Virus record (IMG/VR): IMGVR_UViG_3300047443_000199
Length of the DNA: 64,000 bases
Origin: an uncultured virus (IMG/VR IMGVR_UViG_3300047443_000199)
Lineage: Duplodnaviria; Heunggongvirae; Uroviricota; Caudoviricetes
Reading direction: 5' to 3' (one strand)
Of this stretch, positions 10,548-19,125 are shown in pieces. Below the pieces are notes generated by a model that had not been told where the DNA came from, ran no database searches, and worked only from the letters and a program-made list of their open reading frames with translations. How positions within the stretch are numbered: position 1 is the stretch's first letter; each line of letters begins with the position of its first letter. Position numbers and translations under genes: made by a program.

Positions 10548-11495
10548 ATGCGAACCCGCCACATCCTGATTTGCCTTGTGCTGGTAGGAGCACTGAACAC
10601 GGCCTACGCCGGTCTCGTTGAAGGTTTATTGGCTTATCGGCAAGGGAATTTCAAAATCGCCTTAAGTGAATGGCAACCTTTAACTGAACAGAAGGATGCC
10701 CTTGTGCAATACAAGCTCGGGGGGATGTACTTCAAAGGCCTCGGCGTGCCGCAGGACTACAAGGAGGCCATCAAATGGTTTCGCCTCGCAGCGGAGCAAG
10801 GGGATGCCCTCGCACAAGTCATCCTCGGTGCAATGTACTACGAAGGCCTTGGCGTGCCACAGGACTACAAAGAGGCCATCAAATGGTATCGCCTCGCAGC
10901 GGAGCAGCGGAATGCCGATGCTCAAATCAACCTTGGGCTCATGTACACCAACGGCGAAGGCGTGCCGCAGGACTACAAGCAGGCTATCAAGTGGTACCAC
11001 CTCGCCGTTGAGCAGCGGCATGCCGGTGCGCAATACAACCTCGGGGTGATGTACGCCAAAGGTCATGGCGTGCCGCAGGACTACAAGCAGGCTATCAAGT
11101 GGCATCGCCTCGCCGCTGAGCAAGGGTATGCCCGCGCGCAATATGAACTCGCGTTGATGTACGCTCAGAGCCTCGGCGTGCAGCAGGACTACAAGGAGGT
11201 CAGCAAGTGGTGTCGCCTCGCCGCTGAACAGGGTTATATCCCCGCGCAAGCCAGCCTCGGGGTGATGTACTCCAAGGGCCAAGGCGTGCCGCAAGATCAT
11301 GTGGTGGCTTATGCGCTGTTCAACCTGGCGGCAGCGAGTGCCCCCTCTGGCGACGACTCAATTGTGAAACTCCGCAATTTGTTTGCCGCTGTAATAACTA
11401 AAAAAGAGATCGAAGCGGGGCAGAACCTGACGCGAGAAATGTCTGACCATCCCATCGAGGCCATAGATAGGTATCTGGCAATGAAAAAGCTCTGA
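10548..11495 (+). CDS. Secreted Sel1-like repeat protein
   Basis: Signal peptide; about six 36-aa repeats AQ..LG.MY..G.GVPQDYKEAIKW.RLAAEQG. Confidence 0.92.
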   Translation: MRTRHILICLVLVGALNTAYAGLVEGLLAYRQGNFKIALSEWQPLTEQKDALVQYKLGGMYFKGLGVPQDYKEAIKWFRLAAEQGDALAQVILGAMYYEGLGVPQDYKEAIKWYRLAAEQRNADAQINLGLMYTNGEGVPQDYKQAIKWYHLAVEQRHAGAQYNLGVMYAKGHGVPQDYKQAIKWHRLAAEQGYARAQYELALMYAQSLGVQQDYKEVSKWCRLAAEQGYIPAQASLGVMYSKGQGVPQDHVVAYALFNLAAASAPSGDDSIVKLRNLFAAVITKKEIEAGQNLTREMSDHPIEAIDRYLAMKKL

Positions 11496-11830
11496 ACCTC
11501 ACTGGCTACCCCCGAAGAATCCTTGTGGGGTGGATTAAACCCGCATTGCTGGCGGCTCTAGAATTGCGTTGTGAGTTGAACCCTTACTGAAACTTCAGGT
11601 GTGACATCTGCGGATGACCGGTAACGGTCATTCTGTGCTGGTCGTGACCAGCTCGATTTGGTCAATCGCGAACGATGAACAAGCTTTTGGCATGTCAGCA
11701 GCGTAGTTTGATTTGCCGCCTATACTGATCGAGCAGTTCGGGTTTGCCATCCATTTCGTGCTTCTCCTCGAACAGTGTTGTGCTCACGGGGACCACATTT
11801 AGGTAAACATAACAAAGCAAGGAGCAACCC

Positions 11831-12103
11831 ATGAAAAATAAAGTAAAAATGACTTCTGCCATCATTGCACTTGCACTCTCAACAACTACATATGCGCTAT
11901 CTACGAGTGACACTTTAGGCGACTGGAGGAGCGCAACCCTCTCAGAAAAATCAAGTCTGGCCCAGATGATAGCCGATAAATTGAGCAGACCCTGGGTTTC
12001 AGAATCATTTCTCATTGCCTGCATTGATGAAACAGCAGGTGATGGGGGCCTTGATCAAATGAAAATTTCAGAGACTGCTGCCGCGTGTGCAACTTTGCAT
12101 TGA
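11831..12103 (+). CDS. Small secreted protein, probable integron gene-cassette ORF
   Basis: AAGGAG RBS, signal peptide; flanked by TTAGGT (11799) and ACCTAAC (12149). Confidence 0.7.
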   Translation: MKNKVKMTSAIIALALSTTTYALSTSDTLGDWRSATLSEKSSLAQMIADKLSRPWVSESFLIACIDETAGDGGLDQMKISETAAACATLH

Positions 12104-12148
12104 ACCCATAAAATGCAAACACATGCCAGCCTCATCGCGACACTAAAA

Positions 12149-12200
12149 ACCTAACATATGGTTCAAGTCGTTCGCTCCGCTCACTGGGACATCCTAAAGG
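12149..12200 (+). repeat. Truncated Pseudomonas-type attC site (left half)
   Basis: ACCTAACATATGGTTCAAGTCGTTCGCTCCGCTCACTGGGAC resembles the left arm of Pseudomonas chromosomal-integron attC sites; right half missing. Confidence 0.65.
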
Positions 12201-12430
12201 TGCAAAAAATAAATCCGTCCCTTTTTTCCATGCATCAGACGAACAAACTCTTGCACGGCCCCTCGCAAGGACGCACGCCTTTCATCAACAACTATATCAA
12301 GACTGAAGAGCATATGCCCTCTTAAGCGCTTAACATTCAGGTTAAGGGGTGGATTTAGCCCGTCCCCTTGGGCAGAGTGAACGATTTTAATCGTTGGCCA
12401 AGGCGAACAAATAACAAATTTAGATGCCAG

Positions 12431-12764
12431 CTATTTTAGGCTGCAGTCGTTGGTGTATTTTCGCACCAGAACTTGTTTTGGGCTGTATTCGAATGTTGTT
12501 GTGAGGCAGTCTATCTGCCCGCCCGTTGCAGTCACATACCCGGGAATAAAATTCTTTGCTCCTGCATATGAGTAGGAATATGACTCGACAAAATTATTTC
12601 CATTGCATGAGACATTTTGAGGTGGCCCGATAGCTTTCCTGATATACATTTGAGTTGTTTCACCCACTACAAAACCATCATAAGTTGCAGGTTCAATCTT
12701 TACGCCTAACAAGTTCGTGCAGCTGGCCAAAGTCATAGTCAGGGCTATCGTTATTTTTTTTCAT
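12431..12764 (-). pseudogene. Lipoprotein gene frameshifted in an A8 tract after the ATG
   Basis: Removing one A gives MKKITIALTMTLASC (lipobox) in frame with ORF 12431-12736. Confidence 0.65.
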
Positions 12765-13341
12765 AAGCGCTAACCTTTACGAGAAGGGGTGGGGAAAGTG
12801 AGCAATGGCAGTATAGGTTGACTGGTAAGATTCGCCACTAACGTTGAATTTTCACTCTCGCCAAGACCCTTGGCTACTATCATGCGGTACCGCTGTCGCA
12901 TAACATCCCTCTGGAGGTCGGATAACGTTTCTAGTTGATCCCTAAGTTATTGTTTTTATTGCAGATAGTCGCGGCAGATCCAAGTAAAAAACCGACACGG
13001 ATGACAAAACCCCAATCGAGCATTCACCCGGCAACTCAACCCTGATATCACTGTTTCGCCGTCAACCTGCCACTGCCTGCTTTTGACCGTTTTCTACCTA
13101 GCGCGTCCCGACCAGCCATAGCTGGTCCGGTCTCGTCGTTGGCTTTGGCTTTGGCTCATCAATTCCCGCACATCCTCCTGTCCGGCGCCATCTGTAACCG
13201 GCTTGGGCGGATTGTTCCTCTATCCCACTAGCTGTTGACCTGGTCGAGTCCACCCATCACCCGGCTAGCCTCGTCGGTTGCACTGGGACGACGAGATCGC
13301 CGGTGCATTCGTTGCGCTGGTATAGGCCGAGCAGTATTACC

Positions 13342-13773
13342 TCAGCTTTGCTGTAGGCGAGTCCTTCCCGATAGACGCGTTCCAGGCCAGCCAGTCCAGC
13401 CAGGGCCGCTTTGGTGAACGGAGTGACAATGGGCACCTGTTGGGAGCGAGTGCCAGCCACCTTTGCTCAGCCGCTTTTGCACTAGATCCTTGTAGTCCTG
13501 CGGCGCAGGCGCGTCCTTGCGCTTATGACGGCGCTGATTGCACAACAGGCAGGCGGCAGCAATGTTGGACTGGGCATCTCTCCCTCCATCCTGCTTGGCG
13601 ACCAGATGCTCGGCGGTGCACTGGAAGTGCCTAGTTTGGCGAAGGGAAAGGCCATGGAGCTGGGCGAAGGCTTCAGGGGAATCACGCCACATCTGAAAAC
13701 CGCAGTAATAGCAGCGGCCACCTTGGCGATCGAAGGCAGTGAAGCGATGTTTGATGACAGATTTATTGGCCAT
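13342..13773 (-). CDS. Small HNH endonuclease
   Basis: CYYC...TAEHL...GG...NIAAACLLCN; AGGAGG RBS. Confidence 0.88.
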   Translation of the reverse strand: MANKSVIKHRFTAFDRQGGRCYYCGFQMWRDSPEAFAQLHGLSLRQTRHFQCTAEHLVAKQDGGRDAQSNIAAACLLCNQRRHKRKDAPAPQDYKDLVQKRLSKGGWHSLPTGAHCHSVHQSGPGWTGWPGTRLSGRTRLQQS

Positions 13774-13935
13774 AGCGGCCTCCTATGTGAATAAGGAAGT
13801 CCGCTATGCCTAAAGGCAGGAAACGGTGCCAATCGAGTCACTCGAATTGGCCCAGCATCGCCCCCTAAGGAGAACGACAAGAACGAATCTACGCCTAAAC
13901 CAAAGCCACGAGCAAGTGGCAGCGAGGAGGCAACC

Positions 13936-14127
13936 ATGTGCGTACGCTTCGCCCAGTATCAGGCCTCGCAGACTACCTGGCCGAGTGCAGAGCAGACGTG
14001 ATCGCGGGTACGACAGCGTGCCCATTGCCCGCTACAACGTGGCTCCGAGTACTAAGGTGCAATGCTCCATGGCGAGCCCTGGGGCATCCACATAGGCGCA
14101 GTCAGGTGGGGCTGGGCGCCGCACTGG
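13936..14127 (+). pseudogene. SOS response-associated peptidase (SRAP) N-terminal remnant
   Basis: MCVRFAQY, RYNVAPST and VRWGWAPHW motifs split over different frames; GGAGG RBS; truncated. Confidence 0.75.
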
Positions 14128-14286
14128 GGCAGTATCAGCCGCGTCAGCGGTGAGTGGTGCACAACCCAGAAAGAAGCCAAGGCCAGCTACAAGGCTGCGC
14201 TCAAGAATGCAGCGCCCCGCGAAAGGCGGTACCGCCTCGACCGGATGTACGCTGGTTTGTAACCAACCTGGCTCACCCTCACCTTT

Positions 14287-14532
14287 TTATAAAAGGCGTT
14301 TCTGCTCAATGATCGCTTGGGCTATTTTGTCCAGCTCTTCATGGGCCACAAGCTCATCAGACCAGCGCCCTGCCACCTCCTGGTAGTACTCAACGGCTTT
14401 CGGGCTATCACCTTCTGGCTGGCGAATAGGACCGAGAAACGCTACCTGCGGTGGGCCATCCATCTGCGGGCCGAATGTGATCCACACTTTTGGTTCGTTC
14501 TCTGGGTAGCCGTACGAATCCCAATAAGCCAT
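14287..14532 (-). CDS. 81-aa accessory protein behind ATGGA-hairpin leader
   Basis: AAGGAG RBS before ATG (MAYWDSYG...). Confidence 0.7.
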   Translation of the reverse strand: MAYWDSYGYPENEPKVWITFGPQMDGPPQVAFLGPIRQPEGDSPKAVEYYQEVAGRWSDELVAHEELDKIAQAIIEQKRLL

Positions 14533-14548
14533 ATCGATTCTCCTTTTA

Positions 14549-14563
14549 CCGGCTCCATGCCGG
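14549..14563 (-). promoter_or_regulatory. Leader hairpin copy 1, putative CsrA/RsmA site
   Basis: CCGGC-ATGGA-GCCGG on minus strand, just upstream of RBS. Confidence 0.6.
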
Positions 14564-14886
14564 GCCATCCACCAATAGCCCACTTCAACGAATCACGCCA
14601 GCCGGCGAGGCCGGCGCCTGACTGGAGATACATCATGAAGAAGATCGTAGAAATCAAGGACGGCTTGGCGAAGGCGCTGGCAGACGCTCATCTTCAGATG
14701 GTTGAGAATGACTATCAGGGCTTCGACTACAAGATTGCGAATTCCGGGGGCTCAAGGTGCGCATCGTGGCGGAGCAGGAAGGACTGGGCGTCATGGACCG
14801 CTGGGAATCGACGGCGAACTGAATGTCACAGCATTCTGCGAAGCCTGACCCGCCCTCACCTATTGCGCCGGAGTGCGGCTGGCGAA

Positions 14887-15360
14887 CTATTTAGGAAATG
14901 ATTTCAGCGATTGAATGTGTGCTGACATTGATCCCGACAACTCTTCCAAAGCCACCATCAACTTTCGCCATTCTTGAGAAAACTCCTCACTGCCATCACT
15001 CAGAGATTCAAAGTTTTTCTGAGACTTGTAAAAAACATCCTGATAAGCCACTACCGCGTCAGATTGGACTCTGTGCTTTTTCTTAACATCATCATTTGCA
15101 AAGAGTCGAATTACGGCATTCAGATGCGCCAGATCTTTTTCGAGATCCATGCTTTTGAGCTTTGAGCGAAGAAAAAGCTCAGTTCCTGAAAGGACCATCA
15201 AGTATTTTTCTTCTATTGAATGACGAACTGCGCTTTGCTCTAAACGCTTAGCTGTTTCAGTAGCCGAAATATTGTTCAAAAGCCAAGTGCAAATAGACCC
15301 TGCTAAAACGGAAATGGCAGAAATAACGCCAACCGTAACCATTGCCAATTCCTGAGCCAT
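14887..15360 (-). CDS. Accessory protein with N-terminal TM helix behind ATGGA-hairpin leader
   Basis: GGGAGG RBS; MAQELAMVTVGVISAISVLAGSICTWLL; low GC. Confidence 0.75.
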   Translation of the reverse strand: MAQELAMVTVGVISAISVLAGSICTWLLNNISATETAKRLEQSAVRHSIEEKYLMVLSGTELFLRSKLKSMDLEKDLAHLNAVIRLFANDDVKKKHRVQSDAVVAYQDVFYKSQKNFESLSDGSEEFSQEWRKLMVALEELSGSMSAHIQSLKSFPK

Positions 15361-15377
15361 TTTCAAACCCTCCCAAT

Positions 15378-15392
15378 CCGGCTCCATGCCGG
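15378..15392 (-). promoter_or_regulatory. Leader hairpin copy 2, putative CsrA/RsmA site
   Basis: CCGGC-ATGGA-GCCGG; upstream ~50 bp also similar to copy 1. Confidence 0.6.
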
Positions 15393-15461
15393 GCCGAACA
15401 CAAATACACCACATCAACGAATCACGCCAGCCGGCGAGGCCTACTGGTGCACGGCAGATCA

Positions 15462-15914
15462 ATGAATGAGTTGGCTCTTTTCGCAGGCTCTGGTGGCGGA
15501 ATACTTGGCGACCACCTGCTCGGGTGGCGCACCGTCTGCGCCGTTGAGCGTGATGCCTACTCCACACAAGTTCTGGCACAACGAAAAAACGATGGAGCCT
15601 TCCCAACTTTCCCGATTTGGTCTGACGTGTGCAGTTTTAACGGAAGACCATGGCGCGGCCTTGTTGATGTGGTTTCTGGCGGATTCCCTTGTCAGGACAT
15701 ATCAGCTGCCGGGAATGGCGCTGGCATCGACGGAGCACGATCCGGGCTCTGGCGTGAAATGGCGCGAATCATCGGCGAAGTACGACCTGATCAGGTCTAC
15801 CTGGAAAACTCACCTTTGTTTGTGGGAAGAGGACTTGCACTGGTCCTCGGTGACCTTGCCGAAATGAGGTATGACGCGCAGTGGTTCATTGTTTCAGCAT
15901 TAAATGGGCGTTGA
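15462..15914 (+). pseudogene. Phage C5-cytosine DNA methyltransferase, truncated
   Basis: LFAGSGG (motif I), GGFPCQDIS (IV), LENSP (VI); ends just before IS remnant. Confidence 0.8.
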
Positions 15915-15947
15915 GCTGCAGGAGAGTGCCCCTTGGTGGCTGATAGT

Positions 15948-16150
15948 GAACGAGCCCCATGAAAGACAGGACACCGTTTCCCCCTTACGATAAGGAGTAG
16001 GCAAACGGGTATGTTTATGACTAACAGCAACGATAAGGGTGGCGAACTGCTCGGCCAGGAACGCCTTCGCCGTTGGAATACCGGGCAGAAACTGGCGATG
16101 GTTCGCGAGAGCCTTGAGCCAGGACAAAGCGTTTCAGTGGTCGCCCAATG
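15948..16150 (+). mobile_element. IS3-family remnant (left end and OrfA N-terminus)
   Basis: TGAACGAGCCCC end; ERLRRWNTGQKLAMVRESLEPGQSVSVVA resembles IS2-group OrfA HTH. Confidence 0.7.
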
Positions 16151-16374
16151 GCGGAGCTCCAGGCCAGCTTCAAGCACGTGGGCACCGAACTAGATCGCCG
16201 GGGATACCGGCCGCATTCCATTGCTTTCGTGGTGATCAACGGTCTGAAGCCAACCGATGAAGAACGAGCCCAAGGGTTCGAGCAGTGCCGCCATTCGCAC
16301 TGCGTTCATATGGTCACGTTCGACGGACTGGTTGAACGTCTTCAATCGCTATACGACTTGCTTGCAGGTGAGAC

Positions 16375-17514
16375 TTAGGCGTCCGAATAGTCCGAAGTCC
16401 CTAAGGGTTTCGTTTTCTTCGGACAGACTCCAGTTACTAGGACATGCGGTCCGTCCCGCTCAACTATTCCACGCTTCTGCAAGCCTTCACACGCCTCCTT
16501 GGCGCGGTTGCGATCCAGCCCGACAACCTCGCAGCGCGCCTTCCAGTCATCGAACAGGATGTTGATCGGATGATCTTCTCGGCCCTGCGTGGCAAGCCGC
16601 GTGGCGACCTCCCCCCACATCTGGTTCAGGATGTCCAGGGCCTTCTGCTGGTTCTTCCCCTGCGGCTTCGTCGCAGGAACAGGTGCGGTGTACTCGGTCA
16701 ATTTCAACGCCGCGCCGCCAACCAAACTTCCACTATCGTCGCGCACCGGCACCCCTACTAGCTCGAAGGCGAGCGGCGGCGGCTCTTCTGCGTCCTTCAT
16801 CTTGCGCGGAGTCAGTCGGATCAGTTGGTCTACGTCGCTCCGACTGACTTCGTACTCGGCATCAGCCGCCCCCTTCAGGGCGGAAGACCCACGCGCGCCC
16901 TTTTCCCCATCCTTACCGCTGTGGTGGACGATCAGCACAGTAGCCTTCCAGTGTCTGCGTAGCACGTCGGCATTGCGCACAAACAGCCCAACTTCCGTTG
17001 CGCTGTTTTCGTCGCCGCCAAAGTTGCGGGCCATCGTGTCGATAACGATCAGAGCCGGGGCTTCGCCGGTTGCGTCTGCGAGTTGCTGAACCGACTCGGC
17101 TACCTTCGCCACGTTAGTAGCGCTGGCTAGATCGGTGGGGGCGTCGGACACGAATAACAGTGCCGGCATGTCGGTGCCATTGTGCTGTGCCCATGCTCGC
17201 AAGCGTCGCGCCAGCCCGTTGTGGCCTTCACCCGCAATGTAGAACACTGTTCCCCGCTTCACATCATGCCCGTGGAACGGGATACCCATAGCGATGCAGC
17301 ACGACACATCCAGGGCCAAGAAGGATTTGCCCTTGCCGGGAGGGCCATACACTACAGCAAGCGCATCTTCCTCGATGTATCCGCGAACTAGCCACGCGAC
17401 AGGCTTCACCGGCATGTCACAGGCGGCGATGAACCGGAACGGCGTTGTGCTGGAAAGACGCTGGTCAACCTCGGCCCACTGGTCGCCATAACGGTCTTGT
17501 GCCTTTGCATTCAT
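16375..17514 (-). CDS. RepA-like SF4 helicase (AAA_25)
   Basis: WLVRGYI, GPPGKGKS Walker A, LIVIDT, DENS, IVHHSGK, RGSSAL. Confidence 0.9.
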   Translation of the reverse strand: MNAKAQDRYGDQWAEVDQRLSSTTPFRFIAACDMPVKPVAWLVRGYIEEDALAVVYGPPGKGKSFLALDVSCCIAMGIPFHGHDVKRGTVFYIAGEGHNGLARRLRAWAQHNGTDMPALLFVSDAPTDLASATNVAKVAESVQQLADATGEAPALIVIDTMARNFGGDENSATEVGLFVRNADVLRRHWKATVLIVHHSGKDGEKGARGSSALKGAADAEYEVSRSDVDQLIRLTPRKMKDAEEPPPLAFELVGVPVRDDSGSLVGGAALKLTEYTAPVPATKPQGKNQQKALDILNQMWGEVATRLATQGREDHPINILFDDWKARCEVVGLDRNRAKEACEGLQKRGIVERDGPHVLVTGVCPKKTKPLGTSDYSDA

Positions 17515-17903
17515 ACACGCTCCTCCCATTGAGCCAGACGGCGACGTGCCAACTCCAAGCGGTCTAGATCTGACTTCGGAAGCTTCTCGCCTTGAGCTAG
17601 CAGGGACAGGCCAATCGCGACGATGTGACGCTCGTGCTCAACTGCCGCACGACTGGGCCCTCTTCGGGGGAAGCGCTTGCCGCCATCAGGAAACAGGTCG
17701 CGCATCTCCAGGCCGACAGCAGTGACGATTTGCGCCGCCGAGCAGCCAGCCCAGCATTTCAGCAGTAGCGTGCCGTCCCCTGCTTCCGTGATCTTCAGAC
17801 TCGGATTGCTGTCATCATGAGCTGGGCAGCAGGCGACCCATTGGCTTGGTTTAAGGGGGCGCACCTTATTTAGACGCGGCAACAGCTTCTCGGCGGGCAT
17901 CAT
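17511..17903 (-). CDS. Primase zinc-finger domain protein
   Basis: CCPAHDDSNPSL...LLKCWAGC; overlaps helicase start. Confidence 0.85.
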   Translation of the reverse strand: MMPAEKLLPRLNKVRPLKPSQWVACCPAHDDSNPSLKITEAGDGTLLLKCWAGCSAAQIVTAVGLEMRDLFPDGGKRFPRRGPSRAAVEHERHIVAIGLSLLAQGEKLPKSDLDRLELARRRLAQWEERV

Positions 17904-18172
17904 TGCTGTACCTCGCAAAGCCAGCAAAGGGAGATCAGGACCAAGGGGGGCTGTAGGCCGACGGCATGCTCGTTGCGGAGCAAGTCAGTGGCGCGATTGT
18001 GAATTGCGGACGAGTTGCGCGCAGCGCCGTGCTTCAAGGGCGGTGCTCCGAACGGAGATTTGGAGACAGCTGTGCTAAGGTTTGCCGACCGGGCAATCGA
18101 GCGCGCTTTTCGATTTGACTGAGCCTGCATCACTTCGAGGCCATTTTTCTTCGCTAAGGCGGCCATTTTCAT
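17900..18172 (-). CDS. Hypothetical satellite protein
   Basis: Fills the gap with 4-bp overlaps to both neighbours. Confidence 0.45.
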   Translation of the reverse strand: MKMAALAKKNGLEVMQAQSNRKARSIARSANLSTAVSKSPFGAPPLKHGAARNSSAIHNRATDLLRNEHAVGLQPPLVLISLCWLCEVQQ

Positions 18173-18390
18173 TCTGCATCCCTCGCTTCGATCTTGGCGC
18201 ACAGCCATGCATCCACCTCAGCCACGACGTAATACGCAGCAGCCTGGCGGGTGTCGCCGTCTTTGATCGGCTTCGGGAAGGTCGGGTCTTTCTTGCGGAG
18301 CTTGTCTAGGCCGGAGCGGGACAGGTCCAGCCATTGACAGAGCGCTGGCTGACGGATGAGAGCTTTCGGGGGAATTGTTACTGGTTGCAT
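18169..18390 (-). CDS. alpA: AlpA-family regulator/excisionase
   Basis: LIRQPALCQWLDLSRS...DPTFPKPIK...EVDAW. Confidence 0.85.
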   Translation of the reverse strand: MQPVTIPPKALIRQPALCQWLDLSRSGLDKLRKKDPTFPKPIKDGDTRQAAAYYVVAEVDAWLCAKIEARDAE

Positions 18391-18462
18391 TTGAGCGCCT
18401 CCGTATCGGTACGGAGCCATTTTTGTTGAACCCCCGATTGCTGTCGCAGTGCTCAAAAGAGA

Positions 18463-19125
18463 TTAGTTAGAGGCTTTTTTTCCCCCTTTTTTTGCACGTC
18501 TGATCAGTTTTTCGATTTCGACAATATCCTCTGGCACCTCTACTCCTGCGGCAACGAGAAGCACTCGGGCGAGCCCAGAAGCTCTGCGTTTGGTCATCTT
18601 CACTAAGGACGACTGTCGCAGCTTGTCCGCGATATCAGCCAACAAATCATCTCGCGGATACTTCGGCTTCACGCCACGAATAGTTGGAGCCTGCTCCAGG
18701 TCCTGCTCAACAATGTCCAGCAAATCGATAAGCTCAGCGGCGCTCGCCGTAAAACCAAAAAGAAAGCTGCCGTTGAAAGGGTGCCCATATTTCCGAAAGC
18801 AAGCGCCGTTGATGTAACCCTCGGCGAAAGGAGGGAGATTGTTTATCCCTCGTGACAGTTCTTGAAGATGAAGTCGCAACTGCCGCACACGTCGAATTTC
18901 TTCGTGGCGTGCGGGTCCTTGTTCCGTTTCACGGATGACCGTTCTGTAGGACCCAAGCTTTTCCTTGAACCATTCCTGCAGATCGCCGTCGTGATGTTCG
19001 GCGATGTCAGCGATAATTGCCTGTGCAGCATCAGACAGGCTTTCATCGACCAAATCACCTGTACCCCACTCGGGTTGATTATCGAATACTGGAAGTGCTT
19101 TTGATCGCTTGCCTCGTTTCGTCAT
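18463..19125 (-). CDS. Hypothetical protein coupled to satellite integrase
   Basis: 220-aa ORF, ATGA overlap with int stop. Confidence 0.75.
   Translation of the reverse strand: MTKRGKRSKALPVFDNQPEWGTGDLVDESLSDAAQAIIADIAEHHDGDLQEWFKEKLGSYRTVIRETEQGPARHEEIRRVRQLRLHLQELSRGINNLPPFAEGYINGACFRKYGHPFNGSFLFGFTASAAELIDLLDIVEQDLEQAPTIRGVKPKYPRDDLLADIADKLRQSSLVKMTKRRASGLARVLLVAAGVEVPEDIVEIEKLIRRAKKGGKKASN

Noticed and set aside
10690..11320. DNA repeat array or DGR template
   Set aside because: 108-bp periodicity is explained by Sel1 protein repeats.
11799..12780. Complete integron
   Set aside because: No IntI-type integrase or attI, and only one partial attC.
16148..16378. Intact 76-aa gene
   Set aside because: Begins at the IS remnant junction without an RBS; probably the C-terminal remnant of a deleted gene.
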